This document shows, one piece after another, positions 29,453-40,838 of a DNA stretch of 64,000 nt. Position 1 is the stretch's first letter. Each line of letters starts with the position of its first letter. Source of the DNA: Trueperaceae bacterium (GTDB lineage: Bacteria > Deinococcota > Deinococci > Deinococcales > Trueperaceae); contig OZ243956.1 of the NCBI GenBank assembly GCA_965214405.1, forward strand, positions 1,376,001 through 1,440,000. The letters run 5' to 3'. The translations under genes and the position numbers were made by a program. A model generated the notes under the pieces. That model ran no database searches. It was not told the DNA's origin and saw nothing but the letters and a program-made list of their open reading frames with translations.

Positions 29453-30457
29453 ATGGCGGACGCCGCGAACGACGGAACCTTTGCACCTTTGGCGATGGTG
29501 CAGGAGGTGAAAAAAGCTCGAGAAGGCGAACTCCTGCGCCTGCCCAACGTGGTCGGCTTGGGCGTCGGTTATAAACAGGTCGGGGGCGCGAGAACGGACG
29601 AGCTGGCGGTTATCGTCTACGTCGAGCGTAAGGTTGCATCGGGAAGTTTAGGAGACGCGGAGCGCGCGCCGGGGGTGCTCAACGCGCCCGCTCAGGCGCG
29701 GGTGGTGCCGCGGGCGCCGCAAGAGCCCCTGCGGACGCTTTCTCTGCCCGACATGCGCGTCCCCACCGACGTTCAAGAGGTGGGCCGGGTCGAGGCGCAA
29801 ACGTTTGTCGACCGCGTCCGGCCTATTAAACCCGGTTACAGCATTTCTCACTTTGAGGTGACCGCGGGGACCTTTGGCTGCCTCGTGCGGGACGTCGCGC
29901 CGCCGCACGACGTTTACATCCTGTCGAACAACCACGTGCTCGCCAACTCCAACGTGGCCGCGCCCGGCGACGCGGTATTTCAGCCCGGACCCTTTGACGG
30001 CGGCAAGCTAGAGGACACCGTCGCGCACCTCTCGCGCTTCGTGCCCATCTTTTTGGACGACCCCGAGCGCTACAACTTGGTAGACGCGGCGCTCGCCAAA
30101 CCCTTAGACCTCCGGCTCGTCACCTCGTCCATCGTCGGCCTGGGCACGCCCAGGGGCACCAAAGAGGCCGCGCTCGACATGCTCGTGACCAAGAGCGGGC
30201 GCACCACCCAGACCACGACGGGGACAGTCACGGGTATCGACGTGACGATTTCGGTGAATTACGGCGAAGGCGTCGGTTATTTTCGCAACCAAATTCTCAC
30301 CACCGCGATGTCGCAGGGCGGCGATTCGGGGTCGCTACTGCTAAGCCCGGAGCTCGAGGCGACGGGCCTCCTTTTCGCAGGTTCGGAAGCGGTCACGATT
30401 CACAACTCGGTGACCGACGTGCTGATGGCGCTTGGGGTCGAGCTTATTACGGTGTGA
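29453..30457 (+). CDS. Nal1-like trypsin-fold serine protease
   Basis: AGTFGC, LSNNHV (His), VDAAL (Asp), KSGRTT, GGDSGS (Ser), GLLFAG; no signal peptide. Confidence 0.85.
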   Translation: MADAANDGTFAPLAMVQEVKKAREGELLRLPNVVGLGVGYKQVGGARTDELAVIVYVERKVASGSLGDAERAPGVLNAPAQARVVPRAPQEPLRTLSLPDMRVPTDVQEVGRVEAQTFVDRVRPIKPGYSISHFEVTAGTFGCLVRDVAPPHDVYILSNNHVLANSNVAAPGDAVFQPGPFDGGKLEDTVAHLSRFVPIFLDDPERYNLVDAALAKPLDLRLVTSSIVGLGTPRGTKEAALDMLVTKSGRTTQTTTGTVTGIDVTISVNYGEGVGYFRNQILTTAMSQGGDSGSLLLSPELEATGLLFAGSEAVTIHNSVTDVLMALGVELITV

Positions 30458-30481
30458 AGTTGGGGTGTGAGGAGACGAAAA

Positions 30482-30721
30482 ATGGAAGAGACTGTGAGTG
30501 TTGAGAATTTGCGGGTGAGGCTCGAGGGCGAACTCATGCGCCTGCCCGGCGTCGTGGGCGTCGGCACCGGGCGTAAAGAGAACGCGCCTTGTTTGGTCGT
30601 TTACACCTCGGAGCCCGTCGAGGCGGTGCAGCCGCGCCTGCCGCAGGGGCTCCTGACGTCTTCCGTAAGGGTCGAACTGCGTTACGTCGGCGTGATTAGA
30701 GCGCAAGCGCCAACCGACTAA
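30482..30721 (+). CDS. Small protein homologous to the N-terminal domain of the upstream protease
   Basis: EGELMRLPGVVGVGTGRK vs protease EGELLRLPNVVGLGVGYK; GAGGAG upstream. Confidence 0.8.
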   Translation: MEETVSVENLRVRLEGELMRLPGVVGVGTGRKENAPCLVVYTSEPVEAVQPRLPQGLLTSSVRVELRYVGVIRAQAPTD

Positions 30722-32202
30722 GGAAGCCGCGACAGCCAGCGCGCGAAGATAGGGACCGCCGGGTTGTCGCGCGCGGTCGTGACGTCGGCGTGGGTGAGGC
30801 CGGGGAGGATGACGCTCGAGAAGGGTGAGCCCACTCGAGCCGCGGCGTAGGCGGCAAACCCGTCTAAGCTGGGCAAGAGCCCGCGACTCGCGCCCAAGAC
30901 AAGCGTCGGCGTGGGCACCTCGGCGTTGGGAACGAAACCCGGTTCGTCGGCTAAAGTCACGTCTAGGGCGAGGGTGTCGATGAGCAGGCGCACCGGGAAG
31001 TACCACTCGCTGTAGTTCGTCTCCGGCAGCGCCCACGCGCGCACGAATGTTCCCAAGTCGGTGCGCTCGCGCGCCCCGTCGCCGGGCGTCCAGTCGACGT
31101 AAGCGTAACCGTCCGCCACCCCCGCGACGCTTTTGCTGTAGACGCCCTCCCAGCCGTCGAGCAGCACCGCGACTAAATTACCGTCAAACGTTGCCCCGAC
31201 CGCGTCACCGATGGACACGCTGAAAATGGGCGAGGGGCCGTACTGGTCGTCACGCGACAGCCCGAGCACGGCGCGGTTGGTGGCCGGAAAATCCTCCAGA
31301 CCGGGCGGGGCGAGTTCTAAAGGTTCGAGAAGCGCCAGGAGCGCCTTGGCCTCGGAGCGGGCGTAAAGCTTCGGGGAAAAGGCGGCGGTGAAGTAGGGAT
31401 TGCCCTCGCCCGCCTCGAGTTCCGCCGCCGTCGCCACGAGCCGAAAAGGCCCGATAGACAAACCGCGGTCCGCCCGCGCAAAGCCGCCCGTGCGCCCCAA
31501 AGCCCCGTCGAGCAGCACCAAGCCGTCGATATGCGCGTACCCTGGGTCGGCCTCGCCCGCATCGCCAAAATCATACGCCGCGTAAAAAGACACGAGGCTC
31601 GCGCCCAACGAGTGCCCGCCCAAGATGACGCGAGGCGCTTTCTCCCCGGCCTCTTTGACGATTTCGTGGAGGTCGCGCAGGTGGACAGTCAAGCCCCAAT
31701 AGGCCATAAAACGCACCTCGTCGGGCGGCACGAGCCTGAACCCATCGGCCTTGCCCGCATTGGCGACGTAAAACTCGTAGGCGGGGGTGGGGTCGCTGGC
31801 TTCTAAACTCTCTATCGCGGCGCGGCGGTCTTCCAGCGCGTTGGCGCGGCGGTCGACCGCCCAGACCTCGAGGCCCGGCACGCTGGCGACAAGTTGGCGC
31901 GCCAGCGGGTCAAAAGAGGTCGCGCCGCCAAAAATACCCGGCACGAGCACGAGGACCGTGGGGGGGGGTTCGCCTGAGTCCGGCTCCACGTGGTAGCGCA
32001 GGTAGTACGAGCGGTTGTACCGTTCCGGCGTGTGCGGCTCGGGATAGCCGGGGACCGTGACGTACTCCGTTTGAACCGCCTCCGGCGGCACGCGGTAGGC
32101 AGGCGTCGGCAGGTCAAGAGCGGGTTTGAGCGTCGGGATGGGCATACAGCCCGCCAACGCAAACATCAGCCCTAAGCCCAGTAAGGCAGCGCGGCGCATC
32201 AT
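30718..32202 (-). CDS. Lipoprotein alpha/beta hydrolase
   Basis: Lipobox LAGC; LVPGIFGG, GHSLG nucleophile elbow, LTHAD. Confidence 0.85.
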   Translation of the reverse strand: MMRRAALLGLGLMFALAGCMPIPTLKPALDLPTPAYRVPPEAVQTEYVTVPGYPEPHTPERYNRSYYLRYHVEPDSGEPPPTVLVLVPGIFGGATSFDPLARQLVASVPGLEVWAVDRRANALEDRRAAIESLEASDPTPAYEFYVANAGKADGFRLVPPDEVRFMAYWGLTVHLRDLHEIVKEAGEKAPRVILGGHSLGASLVSFYAAYDFGDAGEADPGYAHIDGLVLLDGALGRTGGFARADRGLSIGPFRLVATAAELEAGEGNPYFTAAFSPKLYARSEAKALLALLEPLELAPPGLEDFPATNRAVLGLSRDDQYGPSPIFSVSIGDAVGATFDGNLVAVLLDGWEGVYSKSVAGVADGYAYVDWTPGDGARERTDLGTFVRAWALPETNYSEWYFPVRLLIDTLALDVTLADEPGFVPNAEVPTPTLVLGASRGLLPSLDGFAAYAAARVGSPFSSVILPGLTHADVTTARDNPAVPIFARWLSRLP

Positions 32203-32463
32203 GACTCCATCATGCACGCCGCGCTGGGAGTGTTGCCAGGGGTTTATTTACAGTTCGGCTACAGCGCTGCGAAAAAGCGCACTTCCTGTCAAACTTTAGG
32301 CTCCCCCAAACAGCACACGACCAAAAAGCAGACTTTTTCAAACCCCTTGACGCCCCCTTCGTTTAGGCTGAGGTGGGAGAGAGTGAGAGGTGGGAGAGAG
32401 TGATATGAAAATTTTTGGTAGACGGACGCGCGTCACGGTTGCGCACGGGAGAGCGCACCGCAC

Positions 32464-33609
32464 GTGTTAAGGCGTTTTTTTTCCTCCTCGGAAACCCTTC
32501 AGCCCGACCCGGTCGCGGCGGCGGCGCGGCTGCTCGAGCTGCCCAGCACCCGCGAGCGTTGCGCGCACGTCCTGGCGCACTTAGGGAGCCGCTTGGGCGC
32601 GGGCGGCCCTAACGTAAGCAGCAGTGTGCGCGGTTACGTGGTGCTGGGGACCAACATCGACACCTACCGCTTCGAGGCGGCGCAGGGCTACGCGCCCGAC
32701 CTGCTCACGCTGACGCCCGCGCACGGCCCCTGGCGCGACCCCGGACCGCGGTTTGTAAACAATCTCGTCGCGGAACTTTTTACGCCCAACACCAAAGAGA
32801 TGCGCACCCTGCTGGGCGGCTTCGGCCTGCGCGACGCCAAGGCCACGCTGATTGTGCCCGTGACCGGCGACGAACGCCACGGGACGCTCATCCTCCACCG
32901 GCACGGCCCCGAAGGATTTAGCGGGGCGGACCTTAAAGAGACCGCGGAGTGGGGCCGCTTACTGGGCGGGGTGGAGAGCCTTCACGGCGACCTCACCCGC
33001 ACGCGGCAGAGTTTAATAGAATTTACCAACGCCTTTGTTGAAGCGATGGAGGCCGAAGACTTTTCGCAGCTAGGCCACGCGAAGCGCGTGACCGCCTACG
33101 CGCTCTCGATCGGGCGCGCGCTCGACTTTAACCGTCAGAGCTTGGCCGACCTCTACTTCGCGGCCATTTTGCACGACGTGGGTAAGCTTGGCGCGGGAGT
33201 TTCTAAAAGCGGGATGAACGGTGAGGCGAATAGGAGCGCCCTCCCTGACGAAGACGAGGTGCATCCGCAGCGGGGCGCTAACCTGATCGCCTCCTCTCCC
33301 CTCCTCAGCCGCGCCGCCAGGGGCATCCGCGCGCATCACGAACGCTGGGACGGGGCCGGTTTTCCCCAGGAGTTGCAGGGCGAGGCCATCCCGCTTTTGG
33401 GCCGCATCGTCGCGGTGGCGGACGCGTTTGACCTGCTCTCGAGCGAACGGGGTCAGGCGCTGCCCCCCCGCGAGGTCGAGCGCGAACTCAGGAGCCGCGC
33501 GGGGAGGAGCTTAGACCCCAACCTGGTAGGACTTTTTATCAATATCTTACGCAAAGGCAAATCCACCGCCGAACTCGGCACTTTAGAACACAGCGACTTA
33601 CCGTTTTGA
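32464..33609 (+). CDS. GAF plus HD-GYP phosphodiesterase
   Basis: GHAKRV, ILHDVGK, HHERWDGAGFP, RIVAVADAFD. Confidence 0.88.
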   Translation: MLRRFFSSSETLQPDPVAAAARLLELPSTRERCAHVLAHLGSRLGAGGPNVSSSVRGYVVLGTNIDTYRFEAAQGYAPDLLTLTPAHGPWRDPGPRFVNNLVAELFTPNTKEMRTLLGGFGLRDAKATLIVPVTGDERHGTLILHRHGPEGFSGADLKETAEWGRLLGGVESLHGDLTRTRQSLIEFTNAFVEAMEAEDFSQLGHAKRVTAYALSIGRALDFNRQSLADLYFAAILHDVGKLGAGVSKSGMNGEANRSALPDEDEVHPQRGANLIASSPLLSRAARGIRAHHERWDGAGFPQELQGEAIPLLGRIVAVADAFDLLSSERGQALPPREVERELRSRAGRSLDPNLVGLFINILRKGKSTAELGTLEHSDLPF

Positions 33610-33630
33610 GAGGGGGCTCGAGCCCGCAGA

Positions 33631-33662
33631 AACTCACCAGCAACTCACCAGCAACTCACCAG
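33631..33662. repeat. 11-bp tandem repeat x3
   Basis: AACTCACCAGC x3 overlapping the SCO stop codon. Confidence 0.85.
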
Positions 33663-34258
33663 TCCCGCGCCGCCAACATTTTGGGTAAATCGTCCGCCAA
33701 ATACAGCACCTTATCCTGACCGTAAACGAGCCGCATCCGGCCTTCGCGGTCGAGCACGATCACCGCGTCGGTGTGGGTAAAGTTCGTCTCGCCGACGCCG
33801 CCAAAGCCCACATACACGTTTTTCGCCGCCCGCGCGACGTCCGCCGCGCTGCCGCTCAGCCCGACGAAGCTGGGGTCAAAGGCCCCCGCGTAGGCTTGCG
33901 TCCGCTCCGGCGTGTCGCGCTCGGGGTCAACAGTCACCATCACCACCTGCACGCCCTCGGGCTCACCCAGATCCTCGTATATTTTTGCTAAGCGGCCCAG
34001 GGTTAATGGGCACACGTCGGGGCAGCTTGTAAAGCCGAAATAGAGCAGCACGACGTTTCCGCGCCAGGCGTCGGGCAGCGTCACGCGCGCGCCGTCCGCC
34101 GCGGTGAGCTCTGTTCCTGCGACGGTTACGGGTTCGTCGAGCGGCGTGCCGTAAAAATCTTTCGCCTCGGCCTGGTTGATGCCGTAGAGGGAAAAGATCA
34201 CAAGCAGGAGCGCGACCACGCCGACGCTCAGGAGGGGCAGGAGGTTGGGGCGTCTCAC
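33656..34258 (-). CDS. SCO1/SenC copper chaperone
   Basis: FGFTSCPDVCP, VTVDPERDT, FTHT; GTG 34258 7 nt after TATACT. Confidence 0.92.
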   Translation of the reverse strand: MRRPNLLPLLSVGVVALLLVIFSLYGINQAEAKDFYGTPLDEPVTVAGTELTAADGARVTLPDAWRGNVVLLYFGFTSCPDVCPLTLGRLAKIYEDLGEPEGVQVVMVTVDPERDTPERTQAYAGAFDPSFVGLSGSAADVARAAKNVYVGFGGVGETNFTHTDAVIVLDREGRMRLVYGQDKVLYLADDLPKMLAARDW

Positions 34259-34386
34259 ACCTTGAAGTATAGCGGCGTGAGGTCGGGTGCGACGTCGGGC
34301 AAATGTCCCTGACATCGGCCAAACCGCCTTGCACGGCCAAGGCGTTCGAGGCCTCGAGCGCAACGTGACCGTTTTCACCCTGATGA

Positions 34387-34740
34387 ACCTGCAATGAACT
34401 GTTCATCGCTGAAAAGCCCTGGGAGGAGGCGCAGCACGAGCTTACCAAGCGTTACCGCGCCATTGCCGAGCGTACGGGAGCACCTCTCGAGAGCGCCGCC
34501 CAGCAGTATAAACTCGCCCGCCGTCTCGCCGAGGCAAACGTGCAAGTGACGGAAGGGCTCTTCTACGCTGCGTTCGCACGAGATGCCAAACAGAGGATTC
34601 CGCGTGACCCCGACGACTGGCCCACGGTAGCCCTGGCGTTGGCTCTGGATGCAGATATCTGGACGCAGGACAAGGATTGTTTGGGTTGTGGCGTGGCGAC
34701 TTGGACGACGGACACGCTGCTGGCGCAACTTGGGCAGTAG
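34387..34740 (+). pseudogene. N-terminally truncated PIN-domain protein remnant
   Basis: RIPRDPDDWPTVALALALDADIWTQDKD; frame preceded by TGA TGA, lacking the N-terminal catalytic Asp. Confidence 0.75.
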
Positions 34741-35067
34741 AGCAGACACTTGAATCTGAAATAAAAATCGAGAAGAACGTTTTGACCCTTTGGACAAACA
34801 AGCTCTCACAGATGATCAAGCACGCCAAAGCCATCATAAAGAAAGGCAGCGTGGTTTTAGGCGTTCTCGTAAGGACCCCCTAGAGCACGTCCGGGAAGCC
34901 GAAAAGGAGTCCTAAGCAGGGTGACCACGCTGCCATATTGTTTGTACACACCCTCTTGAAAAATGGATGTGGGGGGAGGCAATGGGCCGGTGGTAAGTGA
35001 TGAGCCGTTAGCGGCTAGTCGCATTCGCGGCTGTTGACTATCCACTCGGCGCCCGGTACTTTCCGAG

Positions 35068-37158
35068 CTAGTCCGCGGCGTTGCCCAGCCTTTGGGAGAT
35101 ACGCTCCAACCCCTCCGCCACAATCTGCGCCACATCCCTCACCTCGGGCGCGCCCTCATCCTCCGCGCTTTCCGAACTCCGCAGCATCACCTTGCAAAAG
35201 GGGCAACCTGTGGCGACCGTGGGCGCGCCCGTCGCCTCGGCCTCGCGGAAGCGGTTGTTGGAAACGCGCTCCCGTCCCTCCTCCTCTTCTTTCCAGAACT
35301 GCGCGCCGCCCGCGCCGCAGCAGAACGAGTTGTTGCGGTTGCGGGGCATTTCGTTAATGGAGAGCCCGCCGCGCTGTAAAACGTTGCGCGGCGCGTCGTA
35401 TTCGCCGTTGTTGCGGCCCAAATAGCAGGGGTCGTGAAACGTCACCTCACCGGAGAGGTTGAGGGGCGGGAGGCGGCCCGCCTGCATGAGTTCGTCGATG
35501 AGCTGGGTGTGGTGGACCACGTCGTAGTCACCGCCCAACTGCGGGTAGTCGTTGAGGAGCGCGTTAAAGCAGTGGGAGCAGGTGGCGACGATGCGCTTGG
35601 GTTTGCTCGAGTCGAGCTTCTCGTCCACCAAGACCTCGTTAAGCGTCATCACGTTTTCGGTGGCGAGCTGGTAGTAGAGGTATTCGTTGCCCGCGCGCCG
35701 CGCGGGGTCGCCCGTGCATTTTTCGCCCTTGCCCAGAATCGCGTAGTTGACGCCCGCGTGCTCCAAAATCTTTGCAAAAGAGCGCGCCGTGCTCTGCGCC
35801 TGCGGGTCGTAAGAGCCCGCGCAGCCCACCCAGTAGAGCACTTCAAAGTCGGGGTTGTTTTCTACCGTGGGGATGTCCAGCCCCTCCGCCCACTCCGCAC
35901 GTTTGTCCTGCGCGATGCCCCAGGGGTTGCCGGTGCGCTCCATGCCGCGAAAGGCGGTGGCAAGTTCCGCGGGGAAGTCGCCCTCCATCATCACCCGGTC
36001 GCGGCGGATGTCGATAACGTCCAACATCGGCTCGCAGCCCACCGGGCAGATTTCCATGCAGGCGCCGCAGGCGGTGCAGGCCCAGAGGGCTTCTTCGGAC
36101 AAGACGAAGTCCATGACCGGGCGCGGGCTGCTCTCGCCCTGGGCTAAAAGGGGCGCGACGCTATTTAGCTCGTAGCGCTTGTTGATTTCGATGGCGGCGG
36201 GCGAGAGCGCCTTGCCCGTGGCGTTGGCGGGGCAGACGTTGGTGCAGCGGTTGCACTGGATGCAGGCGTAGGGGTCTAGGAGTTGGGTCATGCGGTAGTC
36301 TTCTAACTTCGCCACCCCGAACTGTTCTAAGGATTCATCTTCAAAGTCGATGGGTTCAAGCGCTCCGCGCGGCACTTTGGAGAGGTCTTGGTGACGGCGC
36401 TCGAGCGCGAACTTGGCGGGCGCGCCAAAAAGGTGCAGGTGCTTCGAGCGCGGGAAGTAGGGCAAAAAGGCCAGAATCAGCCCCAGCGCCCCCCACCAGC
36501 CCACGTGCCAGCCGATGATGCGGTTCTCGCCGTAGCCGAACGCGCCCGCCAAGGTACTCGCAAAAGGCTGCCAGGGGTCGCGGAACCCCTCGGACGCCAA
36601 TAAGAAACTCTCACCCATCAAGCGAAAGCCGACGTGCAGCAAGATAAACACGCCCACAATCAGCGAATCGCGCTTGATGCTCCCCATCCTGACTTTCTCG
36701 TGCAACATGGTTTTGTCGTTCTGCTCCAGACGGGGATCTTTTGTTCCGAAACGCCGCACCAGAAAGTACGCCACCCCCACCAAGATAAGCACCGTCAGCA
36801 GGTCCGCGAGGAGGCGGTAGGGCGCGGCGAGGAAGGGGACGGTAAAAACGCCCAGCCACGTCTCGGGCAGGAGCCCGCGGAGGCCGTCGAAAACGTTGAC
36901 AAGCAGGTAGAAAATAAAGCCATAGAAGATAAACGAGTGCAGGAAACTGACCAGAGGCCGCGCGCGAAAGACGGTCACCTGGCTCACCGTGCGGGCGATG
37001 GACTCGCCCAGGCGCTCGGTCAGGCCGCTGAAATGGTCGTAGTAGCCCCGGTCGCCGCGGCCAATCACGTCTATGACGCGTTTGAAACCAGTGAAGGCGA
37101 AGTAGGCGGACGTCGCCGCGAGGGCGAGGAAGAGAATTTTTTCGGGCAGGGTGAGCAT
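35068..37158 (-). CDS. Membrane Fe-S oxidoreductase (FadF/heterodisulfide reductase-like)
   Basis: TM domain; CIQCNRCTNVCP, CTACGACMEICP; CCG domains (HDPCYLGR, CCGAGG). Confidence 0.9.
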   Translation of the reverse strand: MLTLPEKILFLALAATSAYFAFTGFKRVIDVIGRGDRGYYDHFSGLTERLGESIARTVSQVTVFRARPLVSFLHSFIFYGFIFYLLVNVFDGLRGLLPETWLGVFTVPFLAAPYRLLADLLTVLILVGVAYFLVRRFGTKDPRLEQNDKTMLHEKVRMGSIKRDSLIVGVFILLHVGFRLMGESFLLASEGFRDPWQPFASTLAGAFGYGENRIIGWHVGWWGALGLILAFLPYFPRSKHLHLFGAPAKFALERRHQDLSKVPRGALEPIDFEDESLEQFGVAKLEDYRMTQLLDPYACIQCNRCTNVCPANATGKALSPAAIEINKRYELNSVAPLLAQGESSPRPVMDFVLSEEALWACTACGACMEICPVGCEPMLDVIDIRRDRVMMEGDFPAELATAFRGMERTGNPWGIAQDKRAEWAEGLDIPTVENNPDFEVLYWVGCAGSYDPQAQSTARSFAKILEHAGVNYAILGKGEKCTGDPARRAGNEYLYYQLATENVMTLNEVLVDEKLDSSKPKRIVATCSHCFNALLNDYPQLGGDYDVVHHTQLIDELMQAGRLPPLNLSGEVTFHDPCYLGRNNGEYDAPRNVLQRGGLSINEMPRNRNNSFCCGAGGAQFWKEEEEGRERVSNNRFREAEATGAPTVATGCPFCKVMLRSSESAEDEGAPEVRDVAQIVAEGLERISQRLGNAAD

Positions 37159-37456
37159 GGGGCCTCCGCGGGCGTTGAGCGTGAGCTTGAAAGTGAGGTG
37201 TCTACTCCACCATTTTACATGTCTGGAGGGTCGCAAAGGTAAAAGCAGCCGCCATAGACCCGCCTCTCGGTTTTGTTGGGCGATGCGTCACGCCCGCGCA
37301 GAAACCAGGGCGGCGCTTGTACGGGGACGCGGCTCGAGCTTGCCTGCAAGTTCGTCACCCAGCCCATAGTGACGCCCTGACCTTTTGGCTTTAGAATGAA
37401 GATGTTGTAGGGTGTGACGTGAACGTTTGACGTAGCTTCGTTCATATGTCCAGTAG

Positions 37457-38518
<1,062 letters not shown>

Positions 38519-38591
38519 AGGTAAAGAAGACTCGAGCCGCCGCGCTTCTCTGAGTGCGGCGGTTTTCTTTAGGGGGAGTTCAGTGACAAAT

Positions 38592-39779
38592 ATGGTTGCG
38601 GACCTTAGAACGCTGCGAAACCTCAGGGTAGAGGGTAAGCGCGTCCTCATGCGCGTGGACTTCAACGTGCCGCTCAAAGACGGCGTCATCACCGACGACA
38701 GCCGCGTCCGCGCGGCGCTGCCGACAATTCAAAAACTTCTTGACGAGGGCGCGACGCTCATTTTGATGAGCCACTTAGGAAGGCCCAAGGGGGCGGAGGA
38801 CAAGTATCGGCTCGAGCCCGTCGCCAGACGTTTGTCCGAACTCCTAAGCCGCGAGGTCCGTTACTTCAAGGCGCAGGGTCCGGCCACCTCGAGGTCGGCC
38901 ACCTTCGTTCAGGAAGCGCCCGAGGGCAGCGTGACGCTCCTAGAAAATCTCCGCTTCGACTCGCGCGAGACCAAAAACGACCCCGGCCTCTCCCGCGAAC
39001 TCGCCGCCTACGCCGACGTGTTCGTCAACGACGCCTTTGGGGCCGCGCACCGCGCCCACGCCTCGACCGAGGGCGTCGCGCACCTCCTGCCGAGCGCGGC
39101 GGGGCTCCTCATGGCGCGCGAGGTCGAGGTGCTGTCGAAGCTCCTCAAAAACCCCGAAGCACCCTTTACGGTGGTCCTGGGCGGCGCTAAAGTCTCGGAC
39201 AAAATCGGCGTCATCGAGAACTTGCTGGGGCTGGCCGACGACATTCTTATCGGCGGGGCGATGGCCTACACGTTTTTCAAGGCCCAGGGCGGCGAGGTCG
39301 GGGCGTCGCTGGTCGAGGAGGACGCGCTGCAGACGGCGCGGGATGTGCTGGCGCGCGCTAAAGAACAGGGCGTCACCCTTCGCTTGCCCGAGGATTCGCT
39401 GTGCGCGCTCGAGATTGAGGAGAACACCGAGACGAAAATCTTCCCTTCAAACGCAATTCCTAACGGATATAAAGGTTTAGACATCGGCCCCGAGGCGGTA
39501 AGCAGCTACCAAAAAGCTTTAGGAAGCGCCAAAACCATCTTCTGGAACGGGCCGATGGGCGTGTTCGAGGTCCCGCCCTTTGACTCCGGCACGCGCGCGC
39601 TGGCCCAGACCATCGCCTCGCTGGACGCTTACACCGTCGTGGGCGGCGGCGACTCGGTGGCGGCGCTTAACGCCACGGGGCTGGGGGGCAAAATCGACCA
39701 CATCTCGACCGGGGGCGGCGCTTCTTTGGAATTTTTAGAAGGCGGCACGCTGCCGGGCGTCGCTGCGCTGCGCAAGTAG
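38592..39779 (+). CDS. pgk: Phosphoglycerate kinase
   Basis: [40 protein letters not shown]. Confidence 0.98.
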   Translation: MVADLRTLRNLRVEGKRVLMRVDFNVPLKDGVITDDSRVRAALPTIQKLLDEGATLILMSHLGRPKGAEDKYRLEPVARRLSELLSREVRYFKAQGPATSRSATFVQEAPEGSVTLLENLRFDSRETKNDPGLSRELAAYADVFVNDAFGAAHRAHASTEGVAHLLPSAAGLLMAREVEVLSKLLKNPEAPFTVVLGGAKVSDKIGVIENLLGLADDILIGGAMAYTFFKAQGGEVGASLVEEDALQTARDVLARAKEQGVTLRLPEDSLCALEIEENTETKIFPSNAIPNGYKGLDIGPEAVSSYQKALGSAKTIFWNGPMGVFEVPPFDSGTRALAQTIASLDAYTVVGGGDSVAALNATGLGGKIDHISTGGGASLEFLEGGTLPGVAALRK

Positions 39780-39941
39780 AGAGCAAGCTGCGAAGTTACC
39801 GGCGGATTTGTTGCGGAGACGATAGTTCTCTCTTTTCATGCGCTTTATGGTGAGAATCTAAAAGAAGGTAGCACACGACAGAACGTCACAGAAACAGCGT
39901 CACAGAAACGAACGTAAAACTATAAAGAACAGGAGCATTCT

Positions 39942-40394
39942 ATGGCAGATAACGCGAATCAAGACGCGGTCAAACACCTCAACACCCTTGTCAGCACGAA
40001 CAAAGACAGCCAAAAGGGTTATCAGGAGGCCGCCGAAGAGGCCGAGAGCAGTGAGTACAAAAGTCTTTTTAACGAGTACGCGGGACAGCGGGGGCGTTTT
40101 GCGTCTGAGCTTCAGAATGAGGTGCGCAGCCTTGGCGGCGACCCGGCGGAAGGCGGCAGCGCGGCGGCGGCGGCTCACCGTGTTTGGCTGGACGTGCGCA
40201 ACGCCGTTACGGGCAAGGGCGATCACGACATCATTGCCGAATGCGAGCGGGGCGAGGACGTGGCGGTTGAACGGTACAAAAACGTGCTTGACGAAACTCT
40301 TCCCGTTAACGCGCAAGAGATCGTGAGGCGTCAGTACGCCGACGTTCAGGCGGCGCATGACCGGATAAGAAATCTCAAAGAGGCCACAGCTTAA
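39942..40394 (+). CDS. PA2169/DUF2383 four-helix bundle stress protein
   Basis: LNTLV...DSQKGYQEAAE...HRVWLDV...ECERGED. Confidence 0.88.
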   Translation: MADNANQDAVKHLNTLVSTNKDSQKGYQEAAEEAESSEYKSLFNEYAGQRGRFASELQNEVRSLGGDPAEGGSAAAAAHRVWLDVRNAVTGKGDHDIIAECERGEDVAVERYKNVLDETLPVNAQEIVRRQYADVQAAHDRIRNLKEATA

Positions 40395-40436
40395 CGCGCG
40401 TAAAAGCTAAGGTCGAAAAGCTTTTTAGGAGGAACC

Positions 40437-40829
40437 GTGAAGACCGTGATTGGTATTTTTGACGAGGGTAGTGACTTGTCCGGCGTGCTTAACAAGCTCG
40501 AGGATGCGAACATCAAGGTAGAACGCGTGGTGGAAAACGAGGGCGACATGGGCAACGCGGCGGGGCGCGACCCGTCCACCCCTCGAGGGGCTGGCATGGG
40601 GATGCCGGGCGCCGCAGTTGCCGGACAGGGGGGCGCCGTCGCGCCCGCGGGTTTGCTGGGCTTATTTGACAATCTAGACGTGCCCGACGACGAACAGGAG
40701 TACCTGAACAATAGCGTGGCGCACGGCGGCAAGCTCATCATCCTCAAGGCGGACGCGGACGAGGTGGGGAGAGTGGTGGATATCCTCGAGGCCAACGGCG
40801 CGAGCCGCGTCCACGATCCGCGGGCGTGA
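40437..40829 (+). CDS. Small general-stress-like hypothetical protein
   Basis: GGAGG RBS; KTVIGIFD...LDVPDDEQEYLNNSVAHGGKLI. Confidence 0.65.
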   Translation: MKTVIGIFDEGSDLSGVLNKLEDANIKVERVVENEGDMGNAAGRDPSTPRGAGMGMPGAAVAGQGGAVAPAGLLGLFDNLDVPDDEQEYLNNSVAHGGKLIILKADADEVGRVVDILEANGASRVHDPRA

Positions 40830-40838
40830 CGCCGAGGC

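Noticed and set aside
34846..34935. tRNA-like call for the stem-loop ending GCTGCCA
   Set aside because: No T-arm GTTCRA or cloverleaf; kept only as an unassigned structure.
34996..35020. Hammerhead or group II intron domain V-like TGATGAGCCGTTAGCGGC
   Set aside because: Lacks the CUGAUGA...GAAA core and the complementary domain V stem.
39780..39941. No tpiA after gap-pgk, and carB without an adjacent carA
   Set aside because: Operon splitting is common, and the genes may lie outside the window.
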